DNA from: Gordius albopunctatus | Taxonomy: Eukaryota | Assembly (NCBI GenBank): GCA_964276515.1 | Contig: OZ193909.1 | Coordinates: 4,340,001-4,404,000, forward strand | Direction of reading: 5' to 3' | Length of the DNA: 64,000 bases | Shown: piece after piece, positions 38,556-51,222 of the stretch | Numbering within the stretch: position 1 is the first letter of the stretch | Layout: the number at the start of each line of letters is the position of its first letter | The notes under the pieces: generated by a model | Databases searched by the model: none | Seen by the model: only the letters and a program-made list of their open reading frames with translations | Told to the model about the DNA's origin: nothing | Position numbers and translations under genes: made by a program

Positions 38556-41500
38556 ATGATCCTAAAATTGGCTTCTCTCAATACTCAAACCTTAAGAGAA
38601 CCAGGAACGCTACAGAGCCTTACTTTATTTGCCTCCCACCATAGAATTTAAATTCTCTGTTTTCAGCAAACAAGATATTCACATCGCAAAGTTCTCCTCG
38701 TCAACGACTATAAGTGCTATTGCACGGAATGCGGCCTTGAGCCTCCATCAGGGGTAGCCATTCTTATTAAAAAGGACCTCAAAGTGATTAGCATCGACTA
38801 TGTGAACAACAGATTATTAATCATTCACTTTAAAATAAAAAATCGTTTTTTATCAATTTTTAACATATACGCTCCCCCCTCTTCCAAAAATTCTCAATCG
38901 ATGGAATCCCTCCTCCAAAACATCACAGATAAACTTAAAACTAAACATCTTAATATCCTCGTCGGTGACTTCAATGCTTCCGTCCAGGGCACACTGGGGG
39001 ATAATAAATTAATAATTGGCCCAAGCTCAATTGGACCGACTAACCGAAACGGTAAACTGCTTAAAAAATTCTGCTGCAAACATAAACTAAAGATAACCTC
39101 AACCTTTTCCGACCTTCCTCTGGATAACCTAAAATTCAGCCACAGGTGTTTCAACATTTATAAATAAACGTCTTTCCGTTCTGAGTATCGACTGGGTAAA
39201 TGAAAGAATTCTTATAATTAATGTAACAATAGGGGTACGTGTTGTGTCGGTGATAAACGTTTATGCCCCTACATCTTCCTACAAAACTAAGGTTATTAAC
39301 GAATTTTTCAGTCTTCTCTTTGACAAAACCAAAAAATTAAGCCGCAAGTCAGTGCCAATTATAATTGTTGACTTGAATTCATCCGTCGGGCGCACTGACC
39401 GTGACAACCCTAATCTTATAGGCCCTAACACCTTAGCCTCCAACAACAGAAACGGTATTATTCTAAAAAAATGGTGCAATATAGGAAATTGGCGAATTAC
39501 TTCATCATTCTCAGATCTTCCCTATAATCGGCTGGCCACCTTCCGGAAAAAAACAATTTACAATCTAGCCAAATAGACCATCTGATCTGTAGGTCGAGAC
39601 ATCTAAAAATCGTCAAAAACTTTCATGTAATTTTGGACCCCCTCACTGGTGACGCTGACCATTGTGCAATAGCCGCTGAACTAGTGTTGAAAGCAGCTAC
39701 CCTACGGGTTCCTTCGACACGCAAATCCCCGAAAATAAGGCCCCAAGGTCTGTCCCAAACCACTGAATTTAGGGACCGTCTACACCTAAAAATCCAAAAC
39801 AACAACCTTTCCGACCTGTCGATAAACGACCACAGCATTAAAATATCAGAAATTTTTACAATTCCCTTGAAGGACCAGAGTCGAATTAGAACAAAGACAT
39901 GGTTTTCAGGAAAAACACTTGGGCTCCTCAAGACAAAATCTAGTATCTACTTTGATAGAAATGAGTTTCCTTTCAAAAACGCATGCTTATCCGTTCTCAG
40001 CAAGCGTATTAAATCCAGCATCAGACAAGATAAAATTGCGTTTATTAACGCAAAATCCACAGAGGCCGAAGCGGCAGCACGCTCTAATAACAATCATCAG
40101 CTATTTACCATTCTAGACAGCCTTAACTATAACACATTCTCCAAACGAGCCTACAACAGCATAAACACATTTGGCGGCTCCAACGACTCCTTGGCACAAA
40201 TCAAAGCTTGGCAAGACCATTTTCGATCAATTTTGTCGCCCCAGCCCCTATTTCCTGTAGTGGATATATACAGAGGATTTATCGTTAACTTCAAAGGCCC
40301 ACCACCCCTCCACATCGATACGGACCCCCCCCCCCCTCTTTATCCGAAATTGACAGAGCTATCAAGTCACTCAAATCCCACAAATCGGCCGACCCGTCAG
40401 GTCTAACCTCAGAAGCACTCAAAGCTGACTCCCATATCTCTAGCTCTCTTTTGCACCACTTGTTTCGAAAAGTTTGGACAAGAGGTTATACCGGACTCCT
40501 GGACAATAGGTAACTTGATCAAACTTTTCAAAAAAGGAGATCCATCCAATCCCAACAACTACCAGGGCGTGACTATCATTAACCTTGAATCAAAAATATT
40601 CATCAAGGTTATATACAATCGAATGTACAGCGAGGTGGATGAAATAATTAAAAACAATCAATCAGGGTTTAGGAAGTGCCGTATGACGAGAGAGCACATA
40701 ATAACATTAAGGAACATAATGGATATCTCACAGACAAGTGGTGCCCCCTTGATTCTTGTTTTTTAGACATCGCTAAAGCTTTTGACTCGCTGTGCCATCT
40801 ATACATTTGGGAAGCGCTATGCCTATTAGGCTTGCCTAAGAAAATAACTCTCATGATCTTTCTACTCTACGAAAACATGGAACTAGTTATTTCCCACCTC
40901 CACCATAAATCGGAAGCCATACCAGTAATATTGGGTCTCAGGCAAGGTTGCCCGCTGTCCCCTCTCCTGTTTATAATTGCGATGGATCTAATAATGAAGA
41001 GATCCACACTTCAGACCGATGGTATCAAACTAAACTGCACTACTCTATCATCCCTACTGTTCGCAGACGACATATGTCTAGTGGCCCCTTCAATTTCCAA
41101 AGCACAACTTATGTTAGACAGGTTCAGCATCCAAGCCAAGCAAGCAGGACTGTTTATAAACCCCGACAAATGCTCAATGATTCGTATAAACGATTCTTCG
41201 AACTCTACTCTGGTAATCAACAACAACGTAATAAATGCATCTCAAAAAGTCCGCTATTTGGGAGTGGACCTTACTCCAGATACCTACCCCGAAGCGGATG
41301 TCGAATCGAAGCTGCGTCGGACCATGGTAAAATTCTACTCGTGCTCGGCGATTTGGCGCTTACGTCAACTGACGCTGAATACGCGTCTGAGGATTTTCAA
41401 AGTTACTATCCTACCAAATCTCCTATACGGTTACGAATCTTGGTTACTGAAGGCTCCCAGCTTAAAGAAACTGCAAGTCAGTCTCAATAAAATGCTACGT

Positions 41501-42075
41501 ATCGTTTGCCGGATATTCTATCCGACGAGAATAACCAACGAGGATCTATGGGTGCGCTGCAAAATCGCTCCAATTAAAAACATTCTACTCGCGAGGAAAT
41601 GGGGTTTTCTGGCTCATCAAGTGCGAAGGAAGGGAACTAACTACTGTATATCTTCCCTGTTCTGGTGTCCATCCCAGCTAAAAGGTCGCAAATGCAATGG
41701 CAGCTGGCTCTACAAGGTGTTTCGCGATGTCCAAACACTAGGTCATGATTGGAATTTATTGCTGACCATCATGCAAGACAGGAAACTTTGGAAAGACTTC
41801 TCAAAGAACCATTTACTGTGGCTCTCTCATTAAGGATCTTCACACGCATTATTCATTTATGACATTATCATTAAAAGCTTTACTTTACATTCAAGTTAAT
41901 AAGTATTACATATTTACATGTCATAATTACATTGCATATTAACCATTTTGTTACAGCATACTTACACACGTTATCACTAAGGTGGCCTGATGCGCCATTT
42001 GGCGTTAGAAGGGGCTCAACCTTAGATTGCACTAACTAAGCTCTTGGGGGTCTTCGAGGCAAACATACATACATA
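38556..42075 (+). mobile_element. Near-full-length degenerate APE-RT LINE (RTE-like) with a duplicated endonuclease core, head-to-head with CDIPT
   Basis: MILKLASLNTQTL..., two NxYAP / (G/V)D(F/L)N cores, QIDH, ADH; RT NQSGFR, FLDIAKAFDS, GLRQGCPLSPLLF, LFADD, YLG, LLYGYESW; (ACAT)n tail at ~42063-42074. Confidence 0.9.
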
Positions 42076-43177
42076 TATTTTTTTTAATCATAACAATTAT
42101 GTGTATACTAATTTCTGATTTCACTTTCGGGTTGTAAATAAAACAATGCTAGACAGATTCATTTTTTTCAAGGTTTATGGAGTTCCAATGTGATATTGAG
42201 TGATATTGGATAAAAAGAATCAAAAGACTTCATTTTTAGAATATATATACGACTTGATTATATAGTAGGGTAAACAGTCAAGCAGTTGCGTAGTATTAAA
42301 GGATTTTACCATATTTAATAATGAATCTGAACTTTGTGAGTTGTTTGCACGGGATAAATGAGAATGGTTGGCAAAATAAATAGAACTGAGAGCCCAGCAA
42401 AATTAACTCTATAACAAAATGCTGTAAACATAAAAAAATTGTAGGCATTATTATATCATTGTTTTTTCCTATATATGTATTAAAAAGGTTAAAATTGATT
42501 AATTTAGGGAAATTATTATCATTAACATATCTAAATAAATATTTAAATTATATACTTTTTTCTTAATCATTCTATGTAATTTTAACTGCGGCAAAATTAA
42601 AATCGCGCGAATGAGGAAAAATAAAGTCACGAAAAAATAAATTTAGTTAGAAATCGAGAGAGATTTTTACAAAAAGGATTCTTACAAAATCATAAAATGT
42701 TAATATGATAAAAGAAAAAAGTAATCTGAGCTTGCTAGTACCATTTTTGCTAGCAAGCGGCATTCCATAAACACATTAAACATATTAAGCGAGAGAAATA
42801 GAGATAAAATGATGGGGAAAGGGGTAATTGTGGTGCAGTGCATTGTTTCCACAACAATATGTAAATTTTCTTTTTCTTATTATTATACTATTTCACTTAT
42901 ATCCGATGTAATGTGTTCCCTCTCCTAATCAATATAGCAAAAAAGCTGAAAGGCTATCGGGTCGTATTTAATGCGTTGACTCATGTTGCAATATCCCTAA
43001 AATAACATTTTAAAATTGAGCTATATGCTTAGATAAACCTTACCTGCTATCAGGGCTACAATTAAGTTAATTATACATTATAAAATATATATTTTTCTAA
43101 ACATTTTAGTCAACTAATCCATTTAATCTTAAATATTTCATTTTTTTTATGGCAAAATAATCACATCTCTGCATATT

Positions 43178-43460
43178 TGTTCCTCTAACTCAACTTGGAG
43201 AATAAAGTAAAGACAAATAATATGACCGAAGGATATAGACATATGAAGTGATTAAAAAAGGGGAGAGACGAGGGAAGACAACACACACATATTTTTTATA
43301 TATTGATGTATTCGATTATATTTTTTATTGTCTTTGTCTCGTGAATACTGGAATACACTAATTTTTATCATCATTCAATAATTGTTATCTTGGTCTTGTG
43401 GATATAATAAATTTGGATTGTGTATTGTATATTCCCTGAAGTGAACAGTGGCGCCCAACG
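43178..43460 (+). mobile_element. 5' LTR plus tRNA-Lys primer-binding site of another LTR retrotransposon (internal part lost)
   Basis: TGTTC(43178)...GAACA(43447) inverted termini, followed by TGGCGCCCAACG (43449-43460), complementary to the tRNA-Lys(CUU) 3' end. Confidence 0.7.
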
Positions 43461-43846
43461 AAAAATAAAAAAAAATAAAGACCAAACATTTTGCTAGAAA
43501 TCCTAGAAGAATAAAATCATATTCGTGATTGTCTATATATTCTGGTCCTAATTCTGAGATAAGAATTCTATATTCTTCATAGATATATTTTCAATTCCCG
43601 AAAATATATCTATGAAGAACATTAATTATGAGGGTAAAAATCTTCTTAAAAGAATTCTATAGTTCTGTACCGATTAAATTCAAGCCTAGTGAATATTAAT
43701 CTAAGAAAACCTAGAAAATCGTAAAAAAAATCGGGAATTCAAAAGCATAGTAACATCCATTTTAGATATATTGCTAACATAGCAAGCGTTAGACTAAAAA
43801 AATTAGCTATTAAATGGCCCATCAAAACGTTCCATTAATCAAATAT

Positions 43847-46564
43847 TTACAGACCTTCCTTTCTTCTTTTTAGCTGATTCATGTGCCGCACCACTAAATT
43901 CCCACTGTTATCTTCAACCATATACTTAAAGTTACTATCTGCCTTTCGCACTATCCCTTTCGTCCACTTTATACCGCCGTCATACATCCGCACCCACAGC
44001 AAATCTTCTTTTTTGAACATTGTTTTCTTGGCTAACTCTCCTACATTCTCATTTTTTATTAGGTCCAGCCAACTCCTGTCCCTCTTACCCAAGAATTTTT
44101 CACTGGGGGACTTCTCCACTTCCTTCCGGGTGCTATTATACATCAACTGCATCTTCCATAATTCTCCTCCACCAGCCTCTCTCTTTTTAAACTAACTCTT
44201 TACTATGCCTACCATTCTTTCCGCCTGGCCATTTGATTGTGGAGTGCCAGGAAGAAATGTTTTAACTCCTTATTTATAAAAGCGGGACAACCATCCGACA
44301 CTATCATCGGAGGCAACCCATATTTTCCAAACAAGCCTTTCATTATGCCAATCATCACCCGCCCCGACATTTTACTAACTTTAAAAAATTCAACCCACTT
44401 GGAATAAGCGTCTACCACTAATAGATATGCCGTACCCCGCCATTCAAAGAAATCCACATGTATTCTTTCCCAAGCCCTTGCGGCCGGTTTCCACTTACCC
44501 TTCTTCCCACCACGCGGCATATCACTCACAGCATTACAGGCCTCACACGCTCTGGCCAGATCCTCAATATCCCGGCTCATTTCTGGACACCACATACATT
44601 CCCTCGCCCATTGTTTCATCTTAACTATCCCTTGATGTCCCGCATGTAAAACCCTTAATGTTTCCTCTTTTAAAATCTCAGGAATTATTACTCTTGCCCC
44701 TCTCATTAAACACCCCTCCACCAAGTGCAACTCTTTCACCCTCTTAAACGCTCTCCACTCATAGCTCCATTCTTTGTTCCCTTACACACACTCACAAACC
44801 TGTTGCGAAACATCATCCCCAACCATGCTATTTTTTATCCGATCCCAAGACACGGGCCCACTTTCCTCCACCTTCAGCGTGGCCACTCTCACATACTGAC
44901 TCGCCAGCCCTTCCAAATGGTGACAACTATCATTTGCTTTTTAAACCTCCTTTTCAGGCACCCATCTAGACAGAATATCTGGCAGATAGTTATTCTTGCC
45001 GGCCCTATATTCGATTGTAACACTAAACCCGCCCATTAATATCAACCATCTTTGTAGCCGAGGGGACAATAATAATTCATTATTCCCTTTATTAAATAAG
45101 TCCCGCAGCGGCTTATGATCCGTATAAATGGTAAATGGGCGACCTACTAGATATTCCCGGCATCTTACTACCCCATACACCATGGCTAATGCCTCCTTTT
45201 CAATGACCGAATACCGCAACTCACAATCCCTTAACTTCCACGAAAAATATATAATTGGTTTTTTTATCCCTTCATCCACCTGCAACAGTACCCCGCCCAC
45301 TCCCAACATTGAGGCATCAACCGCTAACCTCGTCTCCCTTTCATTGTCAAAACAAATAAGGACGGGCAAAGCTACGAGACATTGTTTCAGTTGCTCAAAA
45401 CTACTTTGACACCTCTCATCCCAAACAAACGCTGCTCTTTTCCGTATTAAACCGTATAAAGGTGCCGACAATTGGGCAAAATTTTTAATAAACTTACTAT
45501 AGTAATTAAATACTCCCAAAAACTATGCAGATCTTTCTTTGTAACAGGTTCCCTCAATTTTTGAATCACTTCAACCTTGTCCCCCACCGGGGTTATAATA
45601 TCCCCCTTCAATACATGGCCTAAATAAACGACTTCCTCCGTAGTAAACTTACTCTTCTCCCAACTTAATACCATATCGCTTTCCTTAATACGCCTTAATA
45701 CCTCGTATAACCGAATATCGTGCTCTTCCCGCAATTTACCACTCACCAAAATATCGTCCATATAATAAAATATGCCGCCCATATCCCTAAACAATGCGGC
45801 CATCGTCCTTTGAAAAATCGGAGCTGACAACCGGCGAAAAGCTAATAAACCCTTCTGCGTGTTTATCGTTAAATACCCGCTAGTCCACTCACTTACCCGA
45901 AGTTGTAAATAAGCACTGGCAAAGTCGATCTTCGAATACCATCGACAGCCACTCAACTGTGCTACTATCTCCTCAAAGCGAGGTAGTGGATACTTAACAT
46001 CCCTCACACATTGATTTAGGGTCACCCAAAAATCTACGCATAACCTTAATTTAAGGTTCAATTTCCTCACCGGAACTAACGGTGTCGCCCAATAACTTGA
46101 GACCACTTCCATTATAACCCCCTCCTTTAACCATTTATCTAATTCCCTTTCAGCCTCTTTTTTCCACTCGAAGGGAATTCTCCGCACTCCATAAAACTTG
46201 GGAATGGCGCCTTCTTTCAATTCTATATCTACTTCCACCCCTTTACATCCTCCCTTTCCCCCTCCTTACTCTCAAACGACACCTCCAACGCCACATCCCT
46301 CTTTTCTACACAATCCCAACAATTCAACTTTTTGGACCATTTATTAATCCAGTCCCACCCTACAATATTATTAGCCGCCCAGTCCATTATATATACCTCC
46401 GCCTCTACTAGTTCTCCCTTATGTTTTACTTTTACTACGCATCTACCCAGAACCTTTAGCTCCTCTCCCGTTAATAAGCATATGTTAACCTTACCATTCA
46501 TATCCAGCTTTGGTTTCCCTGCGGCGACCCACGTCCTTTTGTTTAAGATAGTAATCGCCGACCC
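43847..46564 (-). mobile_element. Degenerate Ty3/Gypsy pol (protease-RT-RNaseH-integrase)
   Basis: GSAITILN (protease); WATPLVPV..LCVDF, YMDDILV, YLGH (RT); VDAS..GVGGVL, YSVIEKEALA, TDHKPL (RNaseH); H..H..C..C, WERIHVDF, IVSDG (integrase). Many frameshifts. Confidence 0.92.
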
Positions 46565-49500
46565 ACAAAGGCGGTTAAGGAAATTAGTTGTGGAAAGAAT
46601 GCGAATAACGTGCTGGAATGTGGGAACGTTGACGGGGAAGAGCATCGAGGTCGCACAAATGCTAAAAAGAAGAAAGGTACACATCGCTACAAGAGACGAG
46701 GTGGAACGGAACTAAAGCCCTGGAGTTAGGAGAAGGCTACAAACTATTCTAGAGTGGATCATCAAATCGTAGAAACGGGGTCGGTATCTTTCTAAGCGAA
46801 TCGTTCAAGGACAAGGTGGTGGAAGTCAAGCGTTGTTGTGGCAGGCGAATGTGGATGAAGATTGCAGATAAAGGGGGCCTCTTAACCGTTATATGCTCTC
46901 CAAATTGGGTGTATGGAATCAGAAAAAGACATATTTTTCGATTCATTGGAAAAGGAAATACAAGGAATAGGACAGGAAGAAAGGCTAATTATTGGGGCAG
47001 ATTTAAAAGCTCACGTAGGGAAAGATCGCCTCGGGTATGAACGCAATTATGGAGGCTATGGGCATGGTCTGAAGAAAAAAGAAGAGGAAAAACTTATCCA
47101 AATATCTCAAGCATATGACATGGCGGTCGATAACACTTATTTTCAAAAACGCGAAGATCATATTGAGACCTATATAAGTGGGAAGCATTTTAGTCAAATT
47201 GAATATCTGCTCATACGGCGAAAGGACTTATGAAGTATCAAGGATCGCAAAGTAATACCGGGCGAAGAAATCGCCAGGCAACACCGTCCCCTTGTTATGG
47301 ATTTTGACAGAAGAGTATTTCCCGTAAGAAGAAAGGTATCTGAACTTGAATTCGATACGAAAGGCTGGATACGTCGACGAACAAAGAATACCAAAAAAAG
47401 CTTCGTCACTCTTGGGTGCTAGGAAATCGCAAAGGGACGTAGACGACGATTGAGAGACGCTATCTAAGGAGATTAAAAAAAACAATTAATGTTCTAGGAG
47501 AGACCAAAGGAGGCAAAGCTATGAATAGGGAACTATGGTAGGGGATTAGTCGGTTAAATATTTAATCGAAAGAAATAAAAATCTATATAGACGGTGGCAT
47601 AAATCAAAAAAGTCGGAGGATTATCAAGAGTACAGGGACGCAAAGAGGGCCGCAAAAAAGGCCGTTGCAAAAGCGAAGAATGCTGCGTACACCGAGATGG
47701 CAAACAAACTGGATCATAAAGGGGGGATAGGCTTATGTACAAATTGGCCAAGATAAGGGAGAAGAAAGGTCGCGATGTCGGAGTTCTTAAATTAGTCAAA
47801 AACGAGAAGGGTCAAATCTTATTCAAGCCCAAGGAAGTGATGGAAAGGTGAAAAGGATATTTTATGAAACTTATGAATATTGCAAATGACAAAGATTTCC
47901 TTCCCGATATTGAGCCAAACATAAGTATGATTGAACTCTTTCAGAAGGATGAAGTTAGGACACAAATGAACACGATGCAAAAAGGAAAAGCAAGTGGCCC
48001 AGATGGAGTACCTATGGAACCATTGCTCGAATATCGTGAAGAAGAAGTCATCACCATGACGAACCTACTTAGCAAGATATTGGTAGAAGAGCGAATTCCT
48101 AATTATACTCTTATTTAAAGGCAAAGGAGACCCTTAGGACTGTGGCAATTACAGAGGTATCAAACTAACTTGCCACTCCTTGAAGCTTTTGGAAAGGATC
48201 TTAGTAACAAGGCTGAAAAGCGAGGTGGAAATATCGGCTAATCAATTCGGATTTGTGGCCGGCAAATCCACAATCGACCCAATCTTCGCCCTAAGACAAA
48301 TGATGGATAAGTATGGTGAAAAGTGAAAAGACCTACATATGGTTTTTATCGACTTGGAGAAAGCTTATGACACGGTGTTCCACGATTTAATATGGTGGTG
48401 CCTGAGAAAACAAAATATCCCTGACGCGTATATACGGCCTATGAAAAATATTTATGAAGCCTCAAACTCTTGCGTTAGGGCGACAGTTGGAGACTGTAAA
48501 CTTTTTTGGTAGTGATGATCAAAACCTAGGTCAGGTTTTCCCGAGGTCTAACCTCAGGTCGGTTTTAGATTCGGGACCTTAACCTGAGGTTGATCCCGAA
48601 AATCAACCTGAAAAACCTTCAGGTCAATTTTATCCCCAACCTGAAACCCAGGTTGACCTCAGGTTAACCTGATAAAAATCTCTTGTTTTATGCGATAAAT
48701 TTAAGAATAAATTTTTATTTTACTTTAACTATTTTCCTTTTTCAAGATGGGTCAAACTTTTTAAATATTTACAATTTTAAATGAAGAAAAAATAGTTTTT
48801 GGTTATTATTTTAAAAAAAAAATAAGATTTTTTTTAATATAAAAATTTAATTAATTGTTAAACATGTATATTACTCGATGACGCCATCTATATGTTTATA
48901 AATTTTGATAAATAAAGTGTTGGGATATCTGGATATGGTTTAAAGGTCAACGATCGAAAACGGTATACATGGAAATGAACGGTACAGGCAGCCCATCGCT
49001 GGATGACCATCTAAAGTACCCAAAAGTAGACAGGTTCACATACCTCGGCTTGATGCTACATCAAGAGGGGGACGCGCAACAGAAGTCAATGCTCGGATCC
49101 AAAAAGGATGGCTAAAATGGCGAAGTATATCCGGTGTGTGCGACAAGAAAATGCCAATATGATTGAAGAGCAAAGCTTACAAATCCATCATAAGATCGGT
49201 GTTGCTCTATGGAAGTGAAACATGGGCATTAAGCACCACGGAAGGAAAGCTATTACAAGTCACAGAGATGAGAATGATAAGGTGGAGTTTGGGGTATACT
49301 AATGATTAACGAAAATCGGCTAAGGTGGTAGGTTATATACTAAAAAGAGACACGAATGACGTAAATCGAAAAGTACTGGACATGGAGGTACCCGGGAAGA
49401 TAGGAAGAGGACGACCCCGTGTCATGTGGAAAGGACAAGTGGACAAAGTTATGAAAACTAAAGAGATTAGTCAAGACATGGCACTCACGCGGTCAAAATG

Positions 49501-49569
49501 GGAAAAACTTATCAAAACAAACCCCACCAATGTGGGACCAAATAACTGATAAAGAAGAAAGAAGAAGAG
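46562..49569 (+). mobile_element. Degenerate near-full-length RTE-clade LINE abutting the Gypsy protease site; RT core deleted at a DNA-TE insert
   Basis: TCWNVGTLTGKS, RNGVGI, IGADLKAHVG, SQIEYLL, QHRPLVMD, KASGPDG, NYRGIKL, QFGF, FIDLEKAYD, YLG, YGSETW, GRGRPR; AAG-rich tail at 49551-49569. Confidence 0.92.
48510..48915 (+). mobile_element. Single hAT-like terminus inserted in the RTE
   Basis: Starts TAGTGATG; ~10 AACCTGA/TCAGGTT subterminal motifs in 48520-48675; no matching far end. Confidence 0.6.
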
Positions 49570-49648
49570 ATTTTGTCATAGGCCGTCTCTCCATATCTGT
49601 TTGAATGTTTGAATAGTACCTTTAAAGATTACTTAGTTTAGTTATAAC

Positions 49649-49790
49649 CATGGGCGTAGCCAGGGGGGGGCATGGGGGACGGCTGCCCCCCCCCCTGCGT
49701 TTTGGATACTGGAGACCTTTTTTTTTGCTCGCCGAAAATTTTTGGTAAAGAAAATTTTTTTTACTCTGCCCCCCCCCCCTAATTCAACAT
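49649..49790. mobile_element. Partial family-A MITE
   Basis: CATGGGCGTAGCCAGGGGG...GGCTGCCCCC. Further partial copies at ~12100-12400, 13835-13982, 16493-16622, 54645-54773, 56036-56150, 56483-56616, 57190-57313, 58808-58848 and 63314-63355. Confidence 0.75.
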
Positions 49791-51014
49791 AATAAATAAT
49801 CCTTAATGGGAAATAATAAGTATTTATAAATCAATTATATAAATGATAATCAAAGATGTAAATTTTAAATTAATCTTTTGAAGTCAAGTTGAATTCTAAC
49901 AGAGGGGTTTATTATTCAAAAATATGCTCATAATCATGTTGAAGCTATCAGATAATAAACTAATTTTGACAGAATTTGGCTAAATATTAGACTTTATCAA
50001 AAATATTACTCTAAATCTAAACGATTCTTTATTATATTACGAAGGGATGTTATCTTTTAATAGAACTCTCGATACAAATCTTTGATGAGTCGATAAAATT
50101 TATACATTTTTATACTATAAATTAATTAATAAAAAGTATATTATATCTAATAACATTCAAAAACATGGTAAAAATTAATTAATATTAAATATTGAAGCTC
50201 TCATGCGTAAAGTTGTTTAAGGAAAGGATAAAGTAACACGATTTGGCTTACGCTCCAATTTGTTTGCAAAAATTATTTATTCAGACAAACTTATGTTTAT
50301 TCAATATTCCAAATTCTTGCAGTTTTTATCACACTTTTTCCCCGAACGCCGAATTAAAAGTAATCTTAGCTTTAGGATCTCATCTGTGTTTGTGATTGTA
50401 TATTTTATCAAATCAAAGGAGGGATTAAGCAACATCGATAAACTAATAGAAAGAAGAAAAATTACTTTGTATTTGTTCATTTTCGAAATATATAAAACAA
50501 CATCGCTGGATATACATTACATACTACATAGTAGTCATATAGAAATATGTGTTTCATTTCTAGCCTTAGCTGTAAGTGAATCAAATTGAATTTTTTTATC
50601 CTCCTGCCAATTTCCTATTAATCTTTGATAATCTTATATGGTCACAGAATAATAAATAAAATATAGGTATAAGTTGGATTACGGTAAAAAATTGCTTAAC
50701 CGATGGGTCTTAGATGATTATAAATTGATAAGAGGAGAACCTATAAACAACATTCATTTTTGCGGGAAAACAATTTTACAAATAATGGCAAATTGACATA
50801 TAAGAGGGATGAATTGCGAATTCATGTTATTTTGTATTTAAAACCTATGGCATCATCGACATAGAACTAACTTTTTATGTATCAAAACTTTTATGGCCCC
50901 GATACATAATACCGAGCTCAATTAATAGATCAAATAAGTTGGCTTTGGAACTTTATAGTGTATTATCATGCCATTAAGATGCTTTTAAAATTATGAATTG
51001 ATATATGCAAACAA

Positions 51015-51222
51015 ACATACTAAGGTGCTATGGATGGTCATGTAGAGAGAAGGGATGATAGCTAGGTCGGAAAGGAGATTGCGAATACGTGGAATTTAAA
51101 TATAAGGGACCATGAAAATGCACGAAATAAATAAAGATCTATGTAAGTATAAAGACAAATGGAATTTAATGTTGAAAGGAGTGACCACCATCATAGGTGA
51201 TAAAAAGTCATAGAAAGAAGAA
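51015..51222 (+). mobile_element. Highly decayed RTE LINE 3' fragment
   Basis: GHVERRDD-like remnant (GGTCATGTAGAGAGAAGGGATGAT) and a GAAAGAAGAA tail. Confidence 0.55.
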
